Assembly: GCA_023515725.1 (NCBI GenBank)
Contig: JALDTO010000288.1
Coordinates: forward strand, 124,001-188,000
DNA length: 64,000 bases
Source: Amoeboaphelidium protococcarum X5
Lineage: Eukaryota; Fungi; Aphelidiomycota
Direction of reading: 5' to 3'
Position numbers and translations under genes: made by a program. Shown here in pieces: positions 28,968 to 40,637 of the stretch; within the stretch, counting starts at the first letter, position 1; each line of letters opens with the position of its first letter. Under the pieces are notes generated by a model. That model had not been told where the DNA came from. It made no database searches and saw only the letters and a list, made by a program, of their open reading frames with translations.

Positions 28968-29840
28968 ATGAGTAAGAAGTAGACATTCAAGTTGGTAATG
29001 GGCGATGTGAAAGAGGGAAGACGGTACCATATTGGAAGGATAAATACGAGTAAATAGTTCAATATACAGGAAGATTTGGAAGAACCTGTGTATCTGTTTA
29101 GAGGTAATCCTAATCTGATAGATTTGGAGAGATAGATGAAAAATTAGATGGAAGTTGACTAGAAAGATGGCGTGGATAATAAGAAGGTGAATGGAAAGAA
29201 CGGCGGCAATAAGTAAGAGTTGAATAAAGATGATGATCAAGTGGATGTTGATAATGATGACGATGTTAAAATGGATGGGGATGATAATGATCAAGATAAT
29301 GAAGATTAAGAGAGTCAGTAATAATAATAATAATAAAAGTAGAAGCGAAAGAAGTAAAAAGTTCAAGTTTATCATTCCGCCCAGCAGTGGTAGGAGAAGT
29401 TGCAATTCAGATTAGAGAATCGAGATCCGTACATTATGATGGATGGCAGTGAGAGTAATATCTATATCGGTAATCTAGAACGCAGCAATGGCTCATACGT
29501 ACTCTTTATGCATAATAGCTCCACGGGCGGGTTCTCTGTGGTTCCCGTATCTAATATATATAAGTTTACACCTAGAATTACTTACCGGACACTAACACTG
29601 GAAGAAGCAGAGGAGAAGATGGGTCAGAAGCGGAGTAATAGATGGTTGATGCATAAGCTGGAAGACGCGTCTGGCAGTGATGTGGATTCCAAATCAGTAT
29701 CTTCTTCTCAGTCACTATAACAATAGTAAAAGCTAGAAATTAAGAAGGAGTAATAGCGACGCAAGAAGGAGGCTCTTCTGGCTCCATAAGAAGATGAGTA
29801 GCTGTATGAAGCCATTTTCGACGACGATGATGAATCTTGA
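28968..29840 (+). CDS. TFG1: TFIIF alpha subunit (Tfg1/RAP74), short 290-aa form
   Basis: YVLF..GFSVVPVSNIYKFTPRITYRTLTLEEAEEKM..RWLM. Ends YEAIFDDDDES then TGA. Confidence 0.85.
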
Positions 29841-30340
29841 AAATGGCTTCTATAAGTGCCAGTTCTCGCGAGATATTGCTAGTTTTAGGAATTCAGATCT
29901 CCTCAGTCTATTGCAAAAGATTGATTAATATATATATATACTTTACATTATGAGTTGTATTGGGCGTGATGCTCCACTTTCGCCGGTAATATTACGACCA
30001 GTTGATTATAACTATGAGTGGTTAAGTGCTAATTTCCGTCCTTTGTTGATGGCGGATTTTTAAAGAGTTGAGCATTTGGCAAAATTAGCCTTCATAACTT
30101 ACAGCTATCGAGTATTCACTTTACTAACTTGCACATTTTATGCGCCAGTCAACGCTAATTGCTGTACAGGAACGCAAATCTTGCCTATATGCTTATAAGA
30201 CAAAGCGCACACGGGACGGCCGAGGGAGATTTTTCTCTACGCTAAACTTAACCGTTTGCGTCTTCCTTTAAGCACTGCACTCACTTTACTTCTCTCAATT
30301 ATAAGAGCGTATAGTAATACTAAAGTTATTTATTCTAAAA

Positions 30341-31807
30341 ATGGTGAATTCTGTAGTTAATATATAAGGATTGAGTGTGGATAAGCTGAGATTTGTTGCA
30401 TTGTTATTGTGCAAGACTCGACACAATAATGATACGTAGTTATTGGATGTGTACTATCAAGTTGTGGAATAGTGCCTACTCAGATTGACTGCATCATCAA
30501 GTGATAGTTTCCCGCTGGTTGTTGATTCTATTCAGTGTCTTCTTATTTCCAAGTCATTGTATATGGATTCTTCACGGGTGAGCAGTATCTTGGAGAGATG
30601 CCAGTTCAGTAGTCGATTGGCTGATATCCTACGCCGCGACTATTAGAGTGTGCATAGTCTGCAGTTGATAATCACCCTGCTGGTTGTTGTGTTGGATATC
30701 ACTGAAGATTTGCCATTTGCATAGAACGATGAAGTTCTGTAATTGATTTTAACTCGCGGTATGGATCTTGGTGGATAGAGCAGTAGTAACTAATTTGACA
30801 GTTTGAATAGGCGCCTTTGCTTATAGCTGTCCACTCTATTGGTGGAAAAGTTTTCATAACGTTATAATTGGATTCTGTGGGTTATCTTGGATAGTTTTAG
30901 TAAAAGTATTTCCTCGAATCGTTAATTTAAGAATACTTTACTAGGCAGATTGTTCAATAATGGTACTTAATCGCTGGATGTGTTTAATGTCGCAATGATC
31001 AAAGAAGAGTCTCAGCTGGTCAATTCACTTGCTTGTCAATATAATGTGTGGATGAGTTAGAAGAGACTTTATGCGGCGTAATTTATAGCATATTGTATTA
31101 CAGGAACGCGAATGTGTATAGATCAACTCAAGATTGTCGATCGTAATGAAACTTTATTCGCTAATAGTAGCGATGATGGAACTGGTAATAAGTTATAACT
31201 AGACGGTGACAATATTGACAGTGTTAGGAAGATTGTTGCACTCAATCTGAATAGTATATATGCTCTGACTGCTGGCGTTGAGGCGTTTGATGTATTGTCA
31301 AATGTTCATCATTAACTGTAATAATCATAAATAATGCTGGACGATACGAGATTTAGAGATATTCTAGTTCCTTCGCTGGATATGGCCATTCAGTCTGCTG
31401 ATTAAATGTCATTTGGTCATATTATTTACTATTTGGCGCATATCCGCAATTAGATTAAGCGCTTATTGGATTCTGAAAGTAATAACAATAATATCGCTAT
31501 ATTGAATGAACTATTTTATTATTTTGAGGCTGCTAGCACGTTCTATGTATCGTAGCTGTTGTTCATTGTCTCCTCCAGCTTTGACACTTAACTCGAGATG
31601 GATGGTGGCAAAGAGTAGAAATACAGCAAGATTCATAGGGAGAATATTGCATTTGAATGCGGAAGTGATCTTGTTGATGCACTGAGCTCTCTACAGGACC
31701 TATTCCATGATGAACTTTCATCCGGTCAGTAGTAGTTATACTCGTCCAATTTGAAATACCTCAAGAGCCTGCAAAAACAAGTGGAAGACTGTATTGATTA
31801 GCAATGA
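30341..31807 (+). CDS. NUP188: Nucleoporin Nup188-like C-terminal portion (~488 aa)
   Basis: Helical ORF with MSFGHII...FEAASTFYVSQ...IAFECGSDLVDALSSLQDLF, paralleling the Nup188 C-terminal SFGTL..E..LISQ..ELSSEL..LSSL pattern. Confidence 0.6.
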
Positions 31808-31874
31808 TGAAATAATAACATTATATAATCCTAATTTCAAACTTACATCAAACGATGTAAAGTAAATAAATGTA

Positions 31875-33455
31875 TCAAATGTAATGCAACTCTCGAACTG
31901 TAGACACTTTGCCATCAACGTACTCTTGCAAATTGTTATAATCCAAGAGATAGACTAGGCGCATCAGGTGAGGCATATACTCTTCATCGGGAACCAAGAC
32001 ATTGAACTCCAGTTTGGCAAACACGGCGAATTCTTGGGCACGAATATATTCAGAGGATACCAAAAGATTCTTTTCCAAAGCTTGTAATAACTTGACATAA
32101 TTCATACTCTTGCGATCGTTAATCTTGGCCGCGATGAGAAGACACGCACCAGCAATTACTTTTCTATTAGCTTTAGTCACATACTTGCTCAATATCAGCT
32201 TCTCAAGAAATACGATGGCTTTTGCCACGGTACTGAGTTCCAGATTCACAGCAAGACCAACCTCGAGTAGATGCAACTTCAAATTCCTAATCTTGCTGAG
32301 AGTTATACCATCTCCCAAGTCATCATGCTTCTACAAGAATTGTTCATTAAGCTCTTATTTCAATTCAGCAGCCTTTGCGTATTACAGAATCGAGGATATA
32401 TATGACTACAATGTAATCACAGTCTTATAAGTACCAGTTTTAAGATTGGGATCATCTAGGAAATTGGGATCATAGCTAGACTACTATGAGGACATTTACT
32501 GATTCTATGGATACGACTACCCTCCACTAGCTCCTCCGCTAAAGGACTGAATGGCGGATTATTGTGGCATCAGGAGATGAGAGAAACTCTGAGCCGTCAT
32601 TCTCTAATGCCTCAAATTGTCTACGCTACCATTTATCTGACGCGAATAATCACCACTGAGTTGCAACTAATTAGCCAATGCGATAGCCTTCCGTCTAGCA
32701 ATATCCTTATAAGTGATGACAGAGTGAACAGCAACTGGCTGATTAGAATCTCTCAAAACGTATACCAATCTAGGATCTTTCGTTCCATTCACTATGCCAT
32801 TCAAAGTCAAGCGGCCATTAATAAAATCACCACCAACAGCCCGCTTAGATGCAGTGATCATATCCTACTACTGCTACTACTACTAACTGCCATCGACAGT
32901 ATCCAGCATATCACCACTGGCAGGTGACGCACCAAATAAAGGCGACTTATACTAATCGCCTCCACCATCTTCGACTGCATTCAAGGGCGACGGTAGATCA
33001 TTAGGCGCAGATGAGGGCGGCGACTGATGCTCGCTCTCGGTATTAGTAGATGAATCTTCCCCATGGAAATTAATACCAAGCAAGAACCTCTCAGCAGTCA
33101 GCTATCGCTTGCTCTTAATCTTCTTCTAACTCGGCGCAGGTTCACCGCCACCTTCTTAGCTATTGGAATTCTCCTAATCTTGATGATGATGATCATCATG
33201 AATAACATCATTCAATTCCACAGCGGGCTCAAGGGGAGGCACCTGCTGCCCAAGTATTCAGTCTTCCGTAACGGGCGCCTACTCATCAGACTGTATGGGG
33301 GGAATAAGGTCAATCTGATTAGACTGCTGACTACCACCAGCACTATCGCTCATTTAAATGCTACTCAGAAACTTCATGGCAGCCTATCTGTTTCTAGACT
33401 ATCTCTATTACTGCTATTACTACTGCTGATGATCTTCTGAACTAATATTAATCAT
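31875..33455 (-). CDS. CABLES: CABLES-like cyclin-fold protein with an in-frame TGA at 33258-33260 (possible pseudogene, downstream start or readthrough)
   Basis: N-terminal RQAAMKFLSSI, YDPNFLDDP, LNEQF, ITLSKIRNLK, FLEKLIL..NRKVIAGACLLIAAKIND, EFAVFAKLEF. Confidence 0.8.
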
Positions 33456-33856
33456 TTTCCTTTTCTAACTAAATGTCTTTTAGATGTTATTAGATAAAGC
33501 AACTATATATACGCTTTCGAAAGTGTACTGTTTGTATTGCTATTCCCTTAAATGTTGTTGAATGCAGAAGAGAAGAGCAAGAAATCACGCGATCAATTAA
33601 TTGACGAAATCTTTCTCACATGAGCTCGCTCGTTAAAATGCCAACGACTATGCATTGAGCGAGCGCTTCGTCGCGTAGCAGTTGAGAAACACCGCGATGA
33701 AACAAAGCCTGAATATTATAGCAGTGATTTGATGGATGGTTAAACTGAAGTATTCCCAGCTAAGATAGTATTAGTATGAAATATGAAGTAAGTGTGTTAA
33801 ACTTGATGGGTATGCAAGAGACGCAATGATTGAAATGTATAACAGTTATATCAGAT

Positions 33857-35020
33857 TCAAGATTAGTATGCTTTTAGAATGTCTTGATGCAGTTTGCCAT
33901 TGCTAGCGAGGATTCCACAATTCTGAGAGAGATACGGTGAACCTTTGGAGAAGATCAACGGTTTACCATCAAGATCAGTCACTTGACCACCAGCCTCACG
34001 GACTATCAATTCACCAGAAGCATGATCCCATATCTTTTCCTGGTAATTCTACTTTACCGGCAATCTAAAATAGACATCGCCTAGGCCACATGCTACCAGC
34101 GCGTATTTACACTGACTGTCAAGTCGGACAGATTAATTGCGGTCACATCCAAGTTTATCCATAATACGCTGACTTTGATCATGATTACTGTGCCCAGATT
34201 CCACAGATTCACATACCGAGAGTTTACTAGATTCTTTAATGCTTGATACGCGAATAGGTATGGAGGAAGAAGAAACGGTGTTGTGTTTAGAGTTCATAGG
34301 CACTACAAATGATCCACCCTTGAGTGATGCATAGAATACAACACCGCGTCCTAGTTGACTCATAGTCTAGTCCGCTCCCCGGCTATAATCTTTAAGATCT
34401 AAATTTGGACATGCCATCGCAGCCAAAACAACTTGACCATCCCTGATCAAGGCGAGGCACACTGCATACTGCTGCCCGCGAATAAATCCTTTTGTGCCAT
34501 CGATAGGATCTAACGTGAAGTACTCATTAGACGATAGAGCGGTAGACTTGCCTTCATCCACAAGGTGATATAAATCGCTCTCCTACAGACTCTCCTTCAG
34601 CGTCGCATTGACCAAGTCTAGAACAGCCTTAGACAATTTAGACGATGTTGTACCGTTCTATTTCTGACGCAAATCCTCTGAAGACTCTTCGCTAATCATT
34701 GCATACTAATGATTGCGCAACTGGCCCATGAGCACGTAATTCACCACTGCTTGGGCCGCAAAATCCGCCACCGTGACAGGCGATAAATCATCTTTGATCA
34801 TCTGAGAGCCATCCGCCGAATTAGTCGCCTGTTGAGACAAGAACTACTTCTGATACGCATCTGTCATACTACCAGCCACTTTCACAGCTTCCACCATCGC
34901 CTTCAAAATACTGGCGTCTGAGTCCTTATCGCCGCTAGTTCCCATCAAACTGCTAATAATTGACTTTTTTGTTTTATAGCGATTAAAAGTGGCAATATTT
35001 AGAACTTGCTGAATAAACAT
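33857..35020 (-). CDS. MET22: 3'(2'),5'-bisphosphate nucleotidase (Met22/Hal2)
   Basis: KDDLSPVTVADFAAQA, LDPIDGTKGF, CESVESGHS, DSQCKY, YQEKIWDHASG. Confidence 0.93.
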
Positions 35021-35353
35021 CTTTAAATTCGCGCGACGACTACCCGGAAATCTGAATGAAAGGGGATTAAGTAAGTGACGCTGCGGGGTTTGTGATCTCG
35101 GTAAGATTTAATCAACATTAATTAAACAAACAACATAGTTAGACTTTTAGATACACTTTAAACTTATTGGATCATTTTCTATCAGGCAAAACGCACATTG
35201 TTTAACTTGCCAAAGATCAACATCTTGCGATAGTTGTTACTATGACTACAAAGACTTTGTTCAACTAAACAATGGCATGCAGTTAACCATTTACTGAAAT
35301 TTAACTCTCTCTCTGTTATGATATGACTTTTAGGCTTTGAACATACCGGTACA

Positions 35354-36304
35354 ATGACTTTTATCGGCTAAAGAACTCCATTAGAGTATATATTTGCCTT
35401 CTGCATCATATGTTTTCTCCTTAACATGGCGTCAGTGTTGCGGGTGAGTAAGCCTGAGAATCTCCAACCAATTGTTGGACTGATCAAACAACATCAAACA
35501 GCGATGACCTGCAGTGGATCGCCAAAGATCTTGATAGATGTATACATCTCGCATTATAATAATTAGAAGTGGCTGCTCAGGTGTCTAAATGCATTGTAAC
35601 TCCATCAGTCTCTGCCCACTAATGCTGACCCCTGTACCGTAGGCGTTCGATACAATGTTGTCACTATGGAAACTACTCAAGAGCAGCGCGATAGCGTGAT
35701 AAAAGCTGTAGGCAACAGGGCTCGGGTAATATAGTATCCTCAGAACGGTAAAGGTGGCGAGCCTCTCCCAAAGTTTTTCCAACTAGTCGCCAATGAAACA
35801 AAGGGCAAGATTACCGTGGTTTGTGATGTTGACGTCCTTGTACTTAGTGATGGTTGGGATATGTAGCTATTAGCGGTACTCTTCAGTCAGTCGCAGTACA
35901 CTATGGCTGCTATTAATCCGCGATAGTTCAACTCTAATTTTAAAGACGTAGCAGAATGGAATTTTCTAGCTTACAACACTGAAGTGCATAGAAACTTGCC
36001 GTTTATACAGTCCACACAGTAGATGAGCGAGTGGGGTCTATATGATTTTGGCCATTGGTTTTAAAAGTAGGCTGTTGATGCTGGTAAGAAGGTTTTCCTT
36101 TTTCACCACAAGCAATAGTTGATTGAAGGTAAATCGCCTGCCGTCTGTGAAGATTAGTATGGAAGACCTTTCGCGCTTCACATGTTTTATACCACCCGAA
36201 AGTAGCAGGATGATATTGGAGATGAAGCGTAGTATATCGTTACGCCGGAGCAAGAGCTTTGTATCGTAGAATATGCATTGTCGAGAAATACCACCTAATG
36301 CTGA
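35354..36304 (+). CDS. Type II membrane GT-A (GT2-like) glycosyltransferase
   Basis: N-terminal TM, IDVYISHYNNQKWLLRCL, DxD motif VVCDVDVLVLSDGWD, YDFG, HMFY. Confidence 0.7.
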
Positions 36305-36561
36305 TACACTATTAAGGCGATTGTTGCTCAGTATATAACAAATGATGATAAATTACTTGTCTATGTTGGGCGCGTAATATAATTTCTAAATTATTCAAAT
36401 GGCAGATGGACTAAATAAATTAGTGAACTTTTAAGGTAAGGTATCATTGATTTTATACCAAATTCTTGGATATCTTTTACATAACGTTCATAATCCTATC
36501 GGCATCGTTGTTAAAAATCTTCGTTGACGCCTTCTAAACCCAAATCCGCGTAATAAACATC

Positions 36562-37867
36562 ATGTCAGACAGCAATAGATCGCAGTATTTGCAAAGCTTA
36601 ATTAATAAAGACTTTGCATCAGATAAGGTGATGAAAAGATTTGAGATTAAGCATAAGCTTGGGGAGGGAACGTATGCTGTGGTGCATAGTGGAACCGATA
36701 AAGTTAATCAAAATTAAATGGTGGCTGTCAAGATGATCAAGATTGGCCAGTTTAGAGATGGTCTTGATATGTCTGCTATAAGGGAAATCAAGTTTCTTAA
36801 TGAACTCAGTCACGAGAATGTGGTTAAGCTGCTGGCAGTGTATACTAATGGTAGGAACATCAATCTAGTATTGGAGTACCTTCCTTATGATTTGGAGATT
36901 CTGATCAAGGACAAGTCTACTCTGCTCAGTAGTGCTGATATAAAATCGTACATGGGCATGATGTTGAGAGGCGTCGAGCATATACACCGGCACTATATAA
37001 TTCACAGAGATTTGAAGCCAAATAACATGCTCATATCAGCCAGCGGTCTATTGAAAGTTGCTGATTTTGGTTTGGCGCGATCATATGGTGAACCAACTGG
37101 AAATATGTCCACTCAAGTCGTCACCAGGTGAGTTTTACAAAAAGTTCAGTGGTGTCTCTTGATGAAATGTGATTAATACAAGATTCCGTTGATGATGTAG
37201 ATGGTATAGAGCGCCAGAGATTTTGTTTGGGGCGCGTGACTATGGCGATAAAGTTGATATGTGGTCGATGGGGTGTATATTTGCTGAGCTCATGCTACGT
37301 ACTCCATTTCTGGTGGGAGACACTGATCTTTAACAGCTAGAAACGATATTTCGTGCTTTAGGGACACCGTCATAGAACGATTGGCCGGTAATTTTTAACT
37401 GTAAGAATAGAGGTAATGAGAAAATCTCTTATTTCTATAATGTAGGGACTAGATCAGTTGCCTAATTATGTGGAACTTACCAAGTATCCAAAGCCTCAGT
37501 TGCGCTAATTGTTTAATGCTGCATCGTCTGATACTCTAGATCTTATGGCTCAAATGTTTTGCTATTATCCATTAAAGAGAATTTCAGCAAAAGATGTAGG
37601 ATATATGTAAAATAGTCGCGTTATTCACCCATTGAGCATTTGTAGGCTTTATTGCATGAGTATTTCAAAAGAGAACCTTATGCGACTAGTCCAGAAAATT
37701 TGCCCAAGATTAAGCAGGCTGTTGATAATAAAAGTCAAACTTAAGCAGCATCAACCGCTGCATCTAAATAAGAATCTGATCTGAATAGCGGTAAACGAAA
37801 AGGGCAAGCTTCCACCACCACCGCTCAGACTGAAAAGAAAGCTAAGCAGTAAAAGAGAGACTAATGA
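36562..37867 (+). CDS. CDK7: TFIIH kinase CDK7/Kin28; introns 37128-37200, 37388-37445, 37596-37645
   Basis: [39 protein letters not shown]|WYRAPE. Confidence 0.95.
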
Positions 37868-37915
37868 GTTAAGAAATAGCTTTATCATGATTTATAGTCA
37901 AGAAATGTATCGCTA

Positions 37916-38567
37916 TCACTTTTTAAGACCATAAATCTGCTCCAAGTATGTTTTAAACTCGTTGTAAGCGCGTTCCAGATTGTCGTTGACAATGATTTTA
38001 TCGTAAATATTCTTCTGTTTGGAGTATGCCAGGTCATCTTTCACTGATTACATGCGCTTCTAAACGCTTTCTTCACTCTCAGTGCCACGCGATCTCAGTC
38101 GAGTCTCCAGCTCATCTACAGATGGTGGAGCAATGAAAAGGAAGTTGGCAGAGTTGAATTGGCTCTGCGGATTGTCGATAAGCCGCTTCACATTCTATAC
38201 ACCTTGACGATCAATGTCGAGAATACAAATCTTGCCGCTTTAGGCCACACTGTTAACGGCACTCACCGACGTACCATAATAATTACCGCCAAATTGTGCA
38301 TACTCTAAAAAGTGATTGTCCGCAATGAGTTATTTAAATTTTTCCACTGAGACATAATGATAATCCACACCATCTTGTTCTCCAGCTCGAGGATTGCGCG
38401 TTGTATCTACACAAAATTCATTGTGGACATTATCATGAAAAGTTAAATATACGTATCATACGAGATACTGAGAAACCAAAATTCTCTGGATAATCCAAGA
38501 ATAGCTTCTTAAGTAGAGTAGATTTGCCCACTCCGGATGATCCAGACAGTACCAGCGGCGTTTTCAT
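37916..38567 (-). CDS. GUK1: Guanylate kinase; intron 38407-38461
   Basis: [15 protein letters not shown]|[30 protein letters not shown]. Confidence 0.95.
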
Positions 38568-38775
38568 TATCAATTACAATTTTACAAGGCTTCAAAAAAG
38601 GGAGTAAGAGAGCTTTAAAGGAAAACTCAGATACGCGCTATAATACATAAGAACATGGAGTAAAATAAAAATAATGAACATATATCCAACATTGGTATAT
38701 CTATTGTCTTCTAATAACTTGCCTAGTGTGGCAATGATATGATAGCCTTCATCATCATCAATATCATCATTATTA

Positions 38776-40380
38776 TCACTGTGATGACTCCTGTTGAGCA
38801 GCATCAACACCTTATTGAGAAGGCATTGAGGACGCGATTTCTCGTGGATGACCAAGTAAATGCTTGCGGAGAGTTCTCTAATGATAGAACGATTTGCCAC
38901 ATCCTTCAACATGACATACAAACTCTTTCACCCCAGAATGTGTCTTCAAATGTGTAGTGAGCGAATCCTTCCGGCTAAAACTCTTTCCACATCCTTCCAC
39001 AGGACAGCAGAAAGGCTTCTCTTTGGTATGGACCGCGATATGATTTAAAATGCGCAGTCTCTTTTAGAAAGGTTCCTTATTACGGGAGCAGTTCTCCCAA
39101 TGACAAATGTATTTGCCGCTCTCATCAGGCGCTATATGCACCTCAACTATGTGTTCGCGTAAATCACCTACAGTTGGGCAAAGCAGATTACATCCTTGCC
39201 AGCAACACTTGTGGACCGAAGATATTTCAGTGCCTTCTGAAGATCTTCTATAATTTGGTTCGCGTTACCCTGCATACAACTAATTCTACAACTAGAGCAC
39301 CATTTTGATGAGATTATCTTTGGTCATACCAGCCAATTGTTACCAGGTGTAGTTTTACTCAGAATCACCGACAAACTGCAGTTCTTCTACGCTCTTTACA
39401 GATGCAGGCGTACGTGAGCGTGCACTAGAAATCGCCAAACCATGCAGTGAGCTTTAATGACTACTTGCGATGCTTTAATTAAAATCAATGATCGCACCTT
39501 ATTGTGATGACAACAAGGACTATTATCTACCAACGATAAATGGAGACGATGGAGACCCAACTGATATCTGCGAGTTGAATGAATTTTCCATCAGCTGTAC
39601 CGCTTGCTATTGAGATTGACGGATCAGTGGTGATTAAACAGATATAACTTGTCCACTCTACAAAAGCGTGGTATTGTCCGATAATGACAAAGACTGGCGG
39701 CTATTAATCTACTGCTACAGATTCTGGGCCTACGCAAGCTACTATTCTTGAATTATTGAAGGCTCATTATGTGTCTGTACTTGCATCTGCATTGCGAGGT
39801 CATTCAGCATTACCTATTATTGCAACTACTGCTACTCTTGCATCACGAGCTGTTGAGTCTACTATATTTATTGCTCCATATTTCTCAACTGAGCATTGAC
39901 ATCCTGCTATTGAGCCATTGCAAACGCGCCTAAGGCATCCAGCATCGCCTGCTAATCAGAGGATGATACAGAGGAATTCAGAGATATCTCTGCCTAAAGA
40001 GTCTGCTGTGGATATTAAATCTACTGATGTTACTCATTAAAATTTTATACAGCTGACTATTGCTATGCCTAAATTAAAAGATCAGTGCCATCAGCAATCG
40101 CATGTGCACCTTATTGTAGCAGTAAGATAGAGGCGGCATCAGACAGGGAGCTACTACTAAGCACACTACTTCCATGAGACGCGTTCAGCATCAAATTTGC
40201 GCCTTATATTGCAATATCATCGCCTGCCTAGGTGTTATTTTAGAATATCTGCGAAACTTCAACGACACCACTGCTATCTTGGTATTACTGCACCGAATTT
40301 TCAATCATTGATGATAGAGCGGCATTGTTCAATTCATTAAACGCGATAGTTGATACCGACTGAGTGCTATCACGGTCCAT
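38776..40380 (-). CDS. Gln-rich C2H2 zinc-finger transcription factor with tandem CWCH2 (GLI/ZIC/PacC-type) fingers
   Basis: Four fingers: [51 protein letters not shown]. Polyglutamine N-half encoded largely by TAR. Confidence 0.88.
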
Positions 40381-40637
40381 TTATTACTTGCTATTAACTA
40401 TATATGATATAATGACGATTCACAATGATCTGCTAATAAAAATTTAGATTTTACGCGAAAAAGAGCAAATCTAATGTTGCTTCAACCCCTGTTGTAATGA
40501 AGCATGCACAGGCCACTATCATACAGGTGAATGACCTAAAACGTGGTTACACTAATAACGTGAAGACCAACAACCTTGAAGCAAATTCAAATTTCTGCTC
40601 AATAGTCTCAAAATTAAAAAGCCTATTATACATTTAT

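Noticed and set aside
28893-29415. Hydrophobic poly-Leu/Ile ORF (28893-29405, minus) and Met-rich ORF (29230-29415)
   Set aside because: Antisense and off-frame shadows of the Asp/Gln-rich linker of TFIIF-alpha.
29950-30430. Long open frame between TFIIF-alpha and the Nup188 C-terminal ORF
   Set aside because: Long frames arise by chance with a single stop codon. It has no recognisable motif and overlaps the next gene out of frame.
33258-33260. Selenocysteine at the CABLES TGA
   Set aside because: It lies in a low-complexity linker, not a redox or Cys-aligned site, and no SECIS element was recognised.
33623-33665. Inverted repeat GCTCGCTCG...TGAGCGAGC upstream of CABLES
   Set aside because: A single 9-bp stem with no other support for an RNA gene or mobile element.
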